Positions 29,758 through 39,017 of a stretch of 64,000 nt of DNA are shown here, in pieces. The translations under genes were made by a program, and so were the position numbers. The notes beneath the pieces were generated by a model. It did not search any database. It was not told where the DNA came from and saw only the letters and a program-made list of their open reading frames with translations. The DNA comes from a virus, in the IMG/VR virus record IMGVR_UViG_3300025195_000002; one strand, written 5' to 3'. Within the stretch, counting starts at the first letter, position 1; each line of letters opens with the position of its first letter.

Positions 29758-30807
29758 ATGATTAAAGACACGGCCGATACCACTATATCAGTGGTGAGCA
29801 AACTAGCCGGTTTAATTGAATCTGCTAAAGGCTCAACCTTAACTGAGGTCACTCGCTCTACACGCGTCGAACCCATCGTGATGATGGAATCTCGTCTGCG
29901 TAATGAACCGTTTATGACTGATGTACTTCAAACACTTTCATCTATCTTTGCCGGCTATTATCTACAAGCCGTAGCAGTGCTGACGAAAGTTAATGGCGTT
30001 GAAGTTGTAAAAACATTAGACCGTTTGTCCACAGAACGTTCACCGATTGATTCTATCGGTATTGAAGCATACAAGCATGGATTACCTAACTATGATTCAA
30101 AAACCGTAGGGTCGGTCGCTGTGTCTTTGCTACCAGGTGTGGAAAGCCAATCGCTAAATGAACTGACAACCGTTAATAATTTAGCAGTTGGTAAGCTGTT
30201 CGAGGTAACTGTAGGTGTGGGTGATCAAAAGGTCACAATTCCGATGTCGATTCGTTTGAATGTAAAAGACATCAACACCCAAGGTATGGTTCATATTTTA
30301 GCCGCCGGGGTTAAGGATAACAGCGCTAAGGAGCGTTATCATCGTTGGAGAGCAGGTGAGTTAACGTTCATCAAAGATCTACTGTTATCTCAAGACATCA
30401 TCGATGCGCGCAAACAGGCGATGCTCGAAGACAAAACAAATACGTTGGCCCGCATTGAGAGTCGTCGTAACAAAAACCGTCTCTCAGGTATCCTATCAGG
30501 GAAAGCATCATTAAACGATGCATCAGGTATCGTTGTTGTATCTGCTGAAACCGCAGAATCTATCGAGTCTGAAATCGGTGGGAAATTAAGTAAGTTTAAG
30601 CACCGTGAGGCGTTGTTTAAAAATGCCTTCATCATGCTAATGGCTGTCATCGACACCGAGTGGGAGCGTGTTACGATCTACCACCGTGGTATCGAAGATG
30701 AAACAGACTTAAGTTACCGTGATCTTCAGACCGCCAACAAACGTTCTGGCCCTGACGTCATTGAATTGCTTAAAGCATTTCAAGCAGGTAACGCACCTCG
30801 TTTATAA
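29758..30807 (+). CDS. Major inner head/inner body protein (phiKZ gp89 type)
   Basis: TRSTRVEPIVMME..YYLQA, GIE processing site, GKLFEV; divergent from the gp88-type gene. Confidence 0.7.
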   Translation: MIKDTADTTISVVSKLAGLIESAKGSTLTEVTRSTRVEPIVMMESRLRNEPFMTDVLQTLSSIFAGYYLQAVAVLTKVNGVEVVKTLDRLSTERSPIDSIGIEAYKHGLPNYDSKTVGSVAVSLLPGVESQSLNELTTVNNLAVGKLFEVTVGVGDQKVTIPMSIRLNVKDINTQGMVHILAAGVKDNSAKERYHRWRAGELTFIKDLLLSQDIIDARKQAMLEDKTNTLARIESRRNKNRLSGILSGKASLNDASGIVVVSAETAESIESEIGGKLSKFKHREALFKNAFIMLMAVIDTEWERVTIYHRGIEDETDLSYRDLQTANKRSGPDVIELLKAFQAGNAPRL

Positions 30808-30819
30808 GGAAACGATTTT

Positions 30820-31707
30820 ATGAAACTTACAGCCCTTTTTGCCTCTCTCCTTCCGTCTACCTCTAAAGAGACGCTACTAGGGGACATTAATCTGATACGT
30901 GAATCGATTAACGTCTATACGTTACCGGTTTATAAAACGGCTTCTGATATGGCACGCAATGCACCGCTTAAAGGTGAGATTGCCGAGATGTTGGAAAAGA
31001 AAGCCAAACGTGAACTTGATCTGTATAAAGACAATGCATTACAGACAATCCACACGGCGTTATCTCGAGCAGTGGTTAACCTGTCTGTGGTTGAAGATCT
31101 AGTTCGTAAGAATGTTGAACAAGACAGTCTAATGCGTGATGCGATGACTTATACCCAGGCAAGCATTTTACAATACATCCAAGTGGTGCGTTTTTGTTCA
31201 AGCTTTGCACGCCGTCTACTATTAGTAATGACTGAACAATCTGCTAATGTGTTATCGGACGAGTATAGTAAATCACGTGAGCGTGAGTTGGACTATGTAA
31301 AACAGTACATGGACGGCTTCCTCCGTGGAATCAATGCGGTAGGTGGTAAGAAACAGGATACAGTCGAAGCGTTTGAGAAGATTCCTGATATATTATTGGA
31401 TCCTGAAACGGTTGATGTCACCAAACAAACGGTTGGTATTCGTCGCATCGACCCGTTTAAGTTTGATCTGATCCCTTATCGTTGGAACCCTATCTACCAC
31501 TTGCGCATGGCCATTACTAATTGGCAAGTTCAAAATGCGAAGTTAGCACAGGAAGAACTGGAATCGTTAGAACTTCGGTTACTTCATCTTAAACAACGAC
31601 GTGACGGTAAAGAAAATGCATCCATCGAACAACAAATCAACCACACTCAGGCACGCATCGACAAGTTGCGCTACAAACTCCATCGCGATGAGCAGAAGGC
31701 TGCCTAG
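30820..31707 (+). CDS. Inner body protein (phiKZ gp90 type)
   Basis: WNPIYHLRM motif and a C-terminal coiled coil; synteny. Confidence 0.7.
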   Translation: MKLTALFASLLPSTSKETLLGDINLIRESINVYTLPVYKTASDMARNAPLKGEIAEMLEKKAKRELDLYKDNALQTIHTALSRAVVNLSVVEDLVRKNVEQDSLMRDAMTYTQASILQYIQVVRFCSSFARRLLLVMTEQSANVLSDEYSKSRERELDYVKQYMDGFLRGINAVGGKKQDTVEAFEKIPDILLDPETVDVTKQTVGIRRIDPFKFDLIPYRWNPIYHLRMAITNWQVQNAKLAQEELESLELRLLHLKQRRDGKENASIEQQINHTQARIDKLRYKLHRDEQKAA

Positions 31708-32275
31708 TCGTCCACGCAACTATCGTAACTATGAGTCGGCCTGTTTTCAAAGTGGAATGGTTCAGCCATTCCTTAATGATAATAGCGAAACCTATTACAG
31801 TTCTGAAGATATCCACAATACTCTTTTGGGTTTTATCGAAGCTGTAAAATATCGTAAGACTGATAAGGTCCCTATGGATATGGTTAACGATGTGGTCAAA
31901 TATGCTATTTGGTTGACATCAGGTCAGCGTTTCTACGACCTACTTATCGCACAATGTGATAATGGTCAATTGAAAGATCAGACGCGAGACTTCTTGGTTG
32001 ATACAGTCAATATGTTAGCCTGTGGTCATCGTATTATGAACGTCCATACGTGGCTACGTTTATTTACCACAACCGAAGCAAGTTATAGCGCGTCTAAAAG
32101 AGGTCCTATTAAAGATCACGCTTTATATGACGCGTTAAAAGCAACGTTGCCCGCTAACCCTATAGCGACATGGCTTGCCATGGACGGTGGTTTTGAAGAC
32201 CTCGTAACAACGCTGTATATCTTATTTGCCCAGTCCAATCGCGACCCATGGCAGATTACCCCTAACCGGGTGTAG
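31688..32275 (+). CDS. Conserved virion hypothetical protein (gp91/92 position)
   Basis: ATG at 31688 overlaps the upstream stop region; R/P-rich N-terminus. Confidence 0.65.
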   Translation: MSRRLPSRPRNYRNYESACFQSGMVQPFLNDNSETYYSSEDIHNTLLGFIEAVKYRKTDKVPMDMVNDVVKYAIWLTSGQRFYDLLIAQCDNGQLKDQTRDFLVDTVNMLACGHRIMNVHTWLRLFTTTEASYSASKRGPIKDHALYDALKATLPANPIATWLAMDGGFEDLVTTLYILFAQSNRDPWQITPNRV

Positions 32276-32338
32276 TTTTACGTAAAACTATTTGAATGTT
32301 TAATTAAGCAAACTTTATATAAAGGGAGTAAGACAATT

Positions 32339-33655
32339 ATGTCTAACCGTTTAAAATCTCTACTGGCCACTACAGCGCCGTCTGTATCGGTTGAAGAACA
32401 CAGCAACAAGACTAAGGTTGACGTTGCTTTATCTCAAGTTGAATTAACTGGTGTTGCGTTGGAAAACGCTGAAGCTAAACTTGACCTTGAGTCTATCAGT
32501 GTTGAACAATCGAATGCTGATATCACTGAACTGGAAGAAATTGCAGTAGGTCTGGAGTCTATCCAAGCCGCTGCTCAAGCAACGATTGCTGATGGTGGCC
32601 TTAAACGCGCAGCTGCGGCGATGATGCATGTTGCTATTGAAGGTTATGCTAACCGTTTAGGTCTGGAAGAAGCGATGGTACCTGCTATTGAATCATTTGG
32701 TTCTGAAGGCGAAGCCATGACAGCTACCCAAGTGTCGGTTGAAGGCATTAAAGATGTTATCAATCGCGTATGGGAAGCCGTGAAAGCAGCGGTAATGAAA
32801 GCATACGAAGCAGTAGCTAACTGGTTTAAACAGTTCTTCATCAATGCTGAGAAAATCAAAACACGTGCTGAAAAGGTTAAAGAGTCTGTTAAAGACAAGA
32901 CCGGTGATGCCGAAGAAGCCAAAGTTTCTGTTGGCGGTGCGGTAGCAAAACTCCACAAAGGTGGTAAGTTGGCATCTGTTTCTGCCGCAGCCAGTGACGT
33001 TAAAGACCTTCTGGGTGACGTACTGGGCGCACAGAGCATTCTGTCTAAGAAAGCAGGTGACCTAGCTGACATCGTTGGTAAAGTTTCTGCAGCGACTCCT
33101 GAAGATGCTGCTGCGCAAGTGGTTGCAGCTAAAGAGTTGGTTGGTGGTGCAAGCGACGCTTTTAAAGGTGCCTTGAAACTGACTGAAAAATCTGAAGGTG
33201 GTGAAACTGCGCTGTACTCTGAAGAACTGCCGGGTGGTAAACAAGTTAAAGTAGTTGCCGAAGACGGTAAATACTCTGCTTCTTTAGTCGATGCCGGTGA
33301 AGTGAAGCTTGCTGATGCCGATAAAGAAGTTGACACTCTGTCTGTTGCCGACATCGAAAGTCTTTGTGACGTGGTGGTTGATTGTACAGACGTCCTGGGC
33401 GGCGCTAAGAAAACTGTCTTTGAAGATGGTAAGAAAGTTAAAGACGACCTGATCAAAGCGGGTGCCGATTCTGCTGGTAAGCTCAAAGACGACACTGATA
33501 AAGTGGTTGCTGACAGCACTCAGTCTTTAGTACGCATGCTGCCTGTATTTACTCGCATGGTTGACCAGCCATCTATGGCACTTTTAGCCCACTCTGCTAA
33601 AGCGCTAGGCGCGGTACTGGATATTGCTGCTGCATCTGCAAAGCAATACAAGTAA
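32339..33655 (+). CDS. Major internal head protein (phiKZ gp93 / SPN3US gp53 family)
   Basis: Repeated SVE/ALE/GLE sites, PAIESFG, VSVEGIKDVINRVWEAVKAAV, LPGGK. Confidence 0.82.
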   Translation: MSNRLKSLLATTAPSVSVEEHSNKTKVDVALSQVELTGVALENAEAKLDLESISVEQSNADITELEEIAVGLESIQAAAQATIADGGLKRAAAAMMHVAIEGYANRLGLEEAMVPAIESFGSEGEAMTATQVSVEGIKDVINRVWEAVKAAVMKAYEAVANWFKQFFINAEKIKTRAEKVKESVKDKTGDAEEAKVSVGGAVAKLHKGGKLASVSAAASDVKDLLGDVLGAQSILSKKAGDLADIVGKVSAATPEDAAAQVVAAKELVGGASDAFKGALKLTEKSEGGETALYSEELPGGKQVKVVAEDGKYSASLVDAGEVKLADADKEVDTLSVADIESLCDVVVDCTDVLGGAKKTVFEDGKKVKDDLIKAGADSAGKLKDDTDKVVADSTQSLVRMLPVFTRMVDQPSMALLAHSAKALGAVLDIAAASAKQYK

Positions 33656-33668
33656 GTTAGTTGTCTTC

Positions 33669-33691
33669 TAGGAGGAGGTTACTCCTCCTAC
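33669..33691 (+). terminator. Hairpin element
   Basis: TAGGAGGAG-gtta-CTCCTCCTA. Confidence 0.65.
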
Positions 33692-33742
33692 TCCCTGTTA
33701 TTTAATTAACATTCATTGATTTAAGTATTTAGGAAAAAGAAA

Positions 33743-35077
33743 ATGCGTAAATTCTTTCAAGAACCAGCTGTAGCTAAACCAGCTGTAGTAGCATTAAGCG
33801 CCGATGAGCAGATGGAAGCGATGGTTGCCTCTGAAGAGAGCTTTCAGGAATTCATCCAACTTGAAGCCGAAAACGCTCGAGCTATGGAGATTGCTGCCGG
33901 TTTAGAAAATTTAGCGATGGTTGCTGATCATGTTAAATCTGCGTCTAACACCGACTTGGCTTTCTTTGATGCCGGTATTGACCTTGCCTTAGTAGGCACT
34001 GGTATCTCATCTGAATCTATCGTTCCAGGCCTGGAAGATATGGAAGGTAGCGTGATCTCAACTGAATCTGTAAAAGAAACAGTTGACAAAATCTGGACAG
34101 CGATTAAGAAAGTCATCGAAAACATGTGGAAACAAATCCAGATCTTCTGGGGCAATTTGGTTAAAGCTGCACCTGGTCTGAAACTGCGTGCTGAAGCATT
34201 GTCAGAAAAGGTAGCCGAGTTAGGTTCTGCATCAACTGATGCGAAAACGTTCTCTGCCGGTAATGCGTTAAAGACATTATCTGTTGACGGTAATTTGCCG
34301 AAGAAAGGGTCTGACGTTATCGAAGGTCTGTCTTTGGTTGAATCCATTGCCAGCCACCTTTATGGTAAGTACAAAACTGACATGATCAAGATTGGTAAAG
34401 ACGTTGACTCTGCACTGTCTGCTTTTGATCTGACCTCTATCGATACTGCCAAAAGTTCACTGGATGCAGTAACGTCTGCTTACGCCGGCCTTCATGATCT
34501 TAATGAGTTCAAAGGCGTTAAGATGGTTAAAGTAGGTCGTGATGTACGCTTCAACCGTTCTGAGACTGTTGAAGCTGCCCACCTGCCAACTGACAAATCT
34601 ATCTTCAGTGTAAGCTTCCCGGCTGATGAGTCTGAAGACGTACTGGGTCGTGCTGAGCGTATCCGTAAGTCAACGTTGATGTTGATGGAAACTACTGCCG
34701 GTGACGCTAAAGCGAAAGATAAAGAAGCTGAGATGGAAGTCTTTGCTACTTCTGACGTACTTACTATCGCCGAGCGTTGTGTGGCACTGTCCAGTATGGT
34801 TGCTGATCATGACGCTAAAGCAGTTAAGTCTGTTGCTGACGGTATCATCAAAGCGTCTGATGCGTTGAACAAGAAGTTTAAAGATGCCAGCAAAGAAGAA
34901 GGCGGTGTTGCCTCTGCTTCTAGCTATGTTGATTCTGCAATGAAATTCAACGTGGCATTCACTTCGGTTTCTACTAAGTTCGAAGCCCAGCTCGCGCGTC
35001 TTGCAATGACCACTGTACGTGCAGCGCTGTCTGTTGCGCAGTCTAACTTATCCCAGTATAAGAAAGACAAAGCGTAA
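33743..35077 (+). CDS. Internal head protein paralog (gp93-97 family)
   Basis: GLE sites and ISTESVKETVDKIWTAIKKVIENMW; tandem with the previous paralog. Confidence 0.82.
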   Translation: MRKFFQEPAVAKPAVVALSADEQMEAMVASEESFQEFIQLEAENARAMEIAAGLENLAMVADHVKSASNTDLAFFDAGIDLALVGTGISSESIVPGLEDMEGSVISTESVKETVDKIWTAIKKVIENMWKQIQIFWGNLVKAAPGLKLRAEALSEKVAELGSASTDAKTFSAGNALKTLSVDGNLPKKGSDVIEGLSLVESIASHLYGKYKTDMIKIGKDVDSALSAFDLTSIDTAKSSLDAVTSAYAGLHDLNEFKGVKMVKVGRDVRFNRSETVEAAHLPTDKSIFSVSFPADESEDVLGRAERIRKSTLMLMETTAGDAKAKDKEAEMEVFATSDVLTIAERCVALSSMVADHDAKAVKSVADGIIKASDALNKKFKDASKEEGGVASASSYVDSAMKFNVAFTSVSTKFEAQLARLAMTTVRAALSVAQSNLSQYKKDKA

Positions 35078-35116
35078 GTGATGAGCGTCTAAAAAATCCC
35101 AACATCTGGGTCGTAG

Positions 35117-35147
35117 GCTAGGAGGAATTCCTCCTAGCTTTATGCCG
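35117..35147 (+). terminator. Hairpin + TATGCCG element
   Basis: GCTAGGAGG-aatt-CCTCCTAGC-TTTATGCCG. Confidence 0.8.
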
Positions 35148-35156
35148 TATATCTAT

Positions 35157-35443
35157 GATGGGATGTGCTGTCATTCGTTCACGCAAACAAGTTGATTATA
35201 TCGTTCTTCCCTGGCAACTTGATATTGTGAACATGGGTGTAGGTTTTGGGTTGGGCTATTCACCTACACCCCTCTTTTCTGACACCCCATCTAACTGTCT
35301 GATGGTAGAGGTAGGTTTTTCCTTTATTTTCCCTATCTCAATCAACGCTCTGGACAAGCGTCCAATGTCAGACAGTGTTTGGCCACTAGTGGTGGCTGCT
35401 AAGAGGGATGGGGGCTGTGATGGTCCCCATCCCTGCTTATGCC
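35157..35443 (+). ncRNA. Candidate structured ncRNA of about 285 nt
   Basis: Eight complementary helix pairs seen by eye; begins at the G of a TATG late-promoter motif and ends in a hairpin+TATGCCG element. Confidence 0.55.
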
Positions 35444-35520
35444 GTCAGGGATGGTATGAATTTAAACGTCAGACGTATTACGTATGACTATATAACGATT
35501 TATTTAATGGAATTAACACC

Positions 35521-37056
35521 ATGCCACGTATTGCGATTGATTGCGGCGATAGCTACGATAGCGTTATCCGCCCTACTGTTTTGACGGTAGTAGAACAAGT
35601 AAAGAAGGTGACGGGACTAGGTCGCGTCAAAACGCTATTTACGGGTGATCCAAATAACACACCTCAAGTAGGTAGTCTGATAGACAATCCAGAAAAAGAT
35701 GTTACCTTTACTAACCAGGAATACCTACAGTTAGAAGTACGTACGGAGTATATGGACTCTGATCTTTTAACGAATAATGTTTTTAATCGAAACAACATTC
35801 CTCTTTTTAGAGACATTGACTTAGGTGTGTATATGGCACCGGTAGTCGGACATACCCGTGCTACAATCAGTGTCCGCTATAAAGCGCAAAGTCGTAACGA
35901 TGCAGATAGATGGCTATCTGAAATAAAGCGTCGAACTGCCCAAGGATTTAAAGAACTGACTCATGATGTTGAGTATCATTATCTTATCCCACGCGAGCTA
36001 TTGGTGATCTTAGACCAGATCCATAAAAAACGAGAAGCGGTAGCAGGGTATGGTGAGGATCTCAATCGCTACCTCACCGATCATTTCCATGAGAAAGTTA
36101 CCTGGTTCACGAATCAAAGTGGGCAGCGTAAGGCTTTGGGTGTCAGAGAGAAACAGACGGGGATATTGGGATACTTTAATTTCGATTCCTTGCCTGAAAT
36201 TGAAAAAGGTGAAACAGGTAACTGGATAAGTCAGTTTGATTACATTGTTGAATTTGACAGACCACACTCAGTAGTGATGCAATATCCACTGGTTGTCCAT
36301 AACCAGCTACTTGACACTAAGTATTTTGATGACACTATAGACTTCAACCAAACCCTTGAACTTTATCTAAGTAGTGTTTTTAATCAAGGGATGGATGTCA
36401 CTGTTAATCGCCATCGCCTACCTGCGCTGTCTACTTTATTAGGTTACGCTGTACCTGCTTTTGATGAATGGCTACCGCAAGAGGTCCCTATGTCTACAAC
36501 GACAATGGCTAGAATATTACTGGCTGTGGATGTCGATAACCCTCGCTATTTATGTAACATTGGAGAGCTAGGAGACTTTGCATTAGTTGATGAGGTAATT
36601 ACGTATCTGAAACGCCGTCATGACTTTGCGACAACACTCAAAGCGTCTCCAATATTCTTTAGTCTGTATCAAGATAATACCAGGATGTCTGATACGGTGA
36701 TGCAGATGGATGATCAAGGTAATTTATTTACAACGGTTGATCTATCATTACGTCGAGTATATCACCTTAGAGTAGGTATCTTTAACGATCTAAGTCTGTT
36801 AAATGAGAAAGTATTAGAAGATCTCAGAATGGATGGTGAATTTGCCAAGATACTATTGATCGCACTTGAACCATCATTGCGTGATGATCCATTACTTGAG
36901 TTATTACCCGATGGCCGTTTACCTAAACGTAACTTTTGGGATGCCATTGCCCGTATTAAAGGAACGAACCGACACTACAAGAATAAAATTGAAGTCAATC
37001 GGTTTACTGTTGCCAGTCTATTAATAACCTCGCGTAGACGCTCGCGATACGTGTAA
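35521..37056 (+). CDS. Conserved virion structural protein (phiKZ gp98 position)
   Basis: 511 aa; YPLVVHNQLL; synteny after the head paralogs. Confidence 0.7.
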   Translation: MPRIAIDCGDSYDSVIRPTVLTVVEQVKKVTGLGRVKTLFTGDPNNTPQVGSLIDNPEKDVTFTNQEYLQLEVRTEYMDSDLLTNNVFNRNNIPLFRDIDLGVYMAPVVGHTRATISVRYKAQSRNDADRWLSEIKRRTAQGFKELTHDVEYHYLIPRELLVILDQIHKKREAVAGYGEDLNRYLTDHFHEKVTWFTNQSGQRKALGVREKQTGILGYFNFDSLPEIEKGETGNWISQFDYIVEFDRPHSVVMQYPLVVHNQLLDTKYFDDTIDFNQTLELYLSSVFNQGMDVTVNRHRLPALSTLLGYAVPAFDEWLPQEVPMSTTTMARILLAVDVDNPRYLCNIGELGDFALVDEVITYLKRRHDFATTLKASPIFFSLYQDNTRMSDTVMQMDDQGNLFTTVDLSLRRVYHLRVGIFNDLSLLNEKVLEDLRMDGEFAKILLIALEPSLRDDPLLELLPDGRLPKRNFWDAIARIKGTNRHYKNKIEVNRFTVASLLITSRRRSRYV

Positions 37057-37068
37057 GGAGAGTTTATC

Positions 37069-38442
37069 ATGCCGTTAATGGGACAACCTACCAAACCCAG
37101 CGCCTCTGAAGAGACGGAGTTAAAAAAGAAAACGGATGCAATTAATAAAATCGTAACGCCTATATCTCACCCAGAAGAGTCTCAGAGAGCTTTTCTTGAA
37201 GAGGTAATAGATACGCATCATTTACCAACAAACGCCCTTCTAACGCATATAGAGGGCTCAGATTGGACGGTTAACTATTACTCCCAGGTGTTAAGTCAGG
37301 GATCTGAAGCTAATCCCCAGTCTTTATCCCAAGATCCTGTTCACCAGCAGTACAGTTTAATTGTTGGGTTAGAGATTAAAGTTACCTCAGCTTTAGAACA
37401 GGCCCAGAATACAGAAGATGGTACGTTTACAGTAACGGGTACAGCAACAACATTACCTGGTCTGGTCCCTATGTCAGGGGATATGTTCACTGCTGATGTA
37501 GGTGATGGTCGAGTCGGTGTATTCACGCTAACCTCTTCTCGTCGTATGAGCATGATGCGTGATACAGTCCATGAGATCGAGTACATCATGACCGACTACC
37601 TTACTGCTGGGGTAGAAGATGATCTAAGTAGTAAAGTGGTTGAAACCCGTCACTTTAATATGGACTACTTATTAAACGGTGAAGACCCTTTCTTAGATAC
37701 TGTTGATTTTAACCTGGAAGGGCAGTTAAAGGAAAGTTATTACCGAATGATTTCGTGGTATGTTCAGTTATTTTACAGCCGTGAATATAAAACACTGCTA
37801 GTTCCTGATAGCCAAGGTGTATTAACGTCTACCTACGACCCTAACGTGTTGAAGTTATTTCACTTAATCATCTCGCGCAATGACCTTGGACATGGTCCTT
37901 ATCCCACCATTAAACAAGTAGGGGGTGATGTTGAAACTGACACACTCACGTTATGGGATGCGTTAGTTAAACGTGACCCAGACATTTTACGCTTTGCTGC
38001 AACCCATTCTCGCAGAGTGCTTGCATCGGATTTTTCTATCCAACCCTTCTTCTCATCTATTGCTGTTACTAACATTAAACATGTTATTTGGCCTGCATCG
38101 GAGTTAACTCACAAAGAGAAGCGGGGCGGGGTAAATAGGAACGATCTACTCGCTGCGATTCCTGAATCTACCGTTTTAAATTATGGTTCACCAGATACGG
38201 TTATGTTGCGTGAACCCGATATAGATAGCTTCTATGTATTTAGTAAGCCGTTTTATGAGGGTGATGCGGAACAGATGTCTCAGCTGGAATATATGGTTGA
38301 TCAGTATTTGGATGGTGATGCACTTAACTTAAGTGACATTAAAGACATCATCGACGCGCTTTATGATGCAACCCCACTACAGCAATTCTACTATGTCCCG
38401 GTTATGCTAGTACTTATTAAAGTCTTTGTTAGGAATCTTTAA
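37069..38442 (+). CDS. Virion protein, possible neck/head-completion protein (T4 gp14-like N-terminus)
   Basis: LLTHIEGSDWTVNYYSQ, VPMSGDMFTADVGDGRVGVF, QFYYVPVML. Confidence 0.6.
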   Translation: MPLMGQPTKPSASEETELKKKTDAINKIVTPISHPEESQRAFLEEVIDTHHLPTNALLTHIEGSDWTVNYYSQVLSQGSEANPQSLSQDPVHQQYSLIVGLEIKVTSALEQAQNTEDGTFTVTGTATTLPGLVPMSGDMFTADVGDGRVGVFTLTSSRRMSMMRDTVHEIEYIMTDYLTAGVEDDLSSKVVETRHFNMDYLLNGEDPFLDTVDFNLEGQLKESYYRMISWYVQLFYSREYKTLLVPDSQGVLTSTYDPNVLKLFHLIISRNDLGHGPYPTIKQVGGDVETDTLTLWDALVKRDPDILRFAATHSRRVLASDFSIQPFFSSIAVTNIKHVIWPASELTHKEKRGGVNRNDLLAAIPESTVLNYGSPDTVMLREPDIDSFYVFSKPFYEGDAEQMSQLEYMVDQYLDGDALNLSDIKDIIDALYDATPLQQFYYVPVMLVLIKVFVRNL

Positions 38443-38444
38443 CC

Positions 38445-39017
38445 ATGCCAAGTCAACCTAAATCAAAACACACTAATGCTTATAAGTTGTTTAACTACCC
38501 GTTTATGATTTGGGTGGCTAACATCTATATGGTTAGTGATGTGGAAGTAGAACAGATTGGTACATTCTCCACCGGTAATACTATTAAAGATGAGAACCTT
38601 GCTCGTCAGGAATGTCGTAGGATGGTAACTATTGCCAAGATGGCTGAAATTGTAGACATGGGAGGTAGCTTTAGTTTTATCAATGGTGTCGATGCACAAC
38701 GGGCTTATGATATTATTGTAGGACACTTAAGTGATTGGGTTGATGCCATGAACCATCGGGTTAACATGAGACGCCCACCCAAAGAAGATTTACGTAAACT
38801 CAATGAACTTGCCGAGTTGCTCTATACCAGCGCACGTCTTAAAATCATTGAAGATACGTCAGTGCCTACCCTGGTTCAAAAGCTGCTTAACATGTCACCC
38901 ATGGCTGCGCCTACTAAATTGGTCCGTGATGGAGTAGCAGAGAAACATAGACACCCCATTGCCGATATGATTGCAGACGGTCAGGAACTTAAGGAAATGA
39001 GAAGATGGCGGGAATAG
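38445..39017 (+). CDS. Conserved hypothetical protein (phiKZ gp100 position)
   Basis: YDIIVGHLSDW..PPKEDLRKLNELAE; synteny. Confidence 0.7.
   Translation: MPSQPKSKHTNAYKLFNYPFMIWVANIYMVSDVEVEQIGTFSTGNTIKDENLARQECRRMVTIAKMAEIVDMGGSFSFINGVDAQRAYDIIVGHLSDWVDAMNHRVNMRRPPKEDLRKLNELAELLYTSARLKIIEDTSVPTLVQKLLNMSPMAAPTKLVRDGVAEKHRHPIADMIADGQELKEMRRWRE

Noticed and set aside
31601-31707. Long overlap between the gp90-type gene and the next gene
   Set aside because: Using the ATG at 31688 reduces it to an ordinary 20-nt overlap.
32644-33519. 291-aa antisense ORF rich in Ser/Thr/Ala
   Set aside because: Shadow of the strongly codon-biased head gene on the opposite strand. The same applies to 33928-34347, 56607-56978, 13954-14376 and similar ORFs.
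35155-35487. 110-aa ORF in the gap after the head paralogs
   Set aside because: No SD, odd composition, and it runs through a strong hairpin+TATGCCG element. The sequence is better explained by RNA structure.
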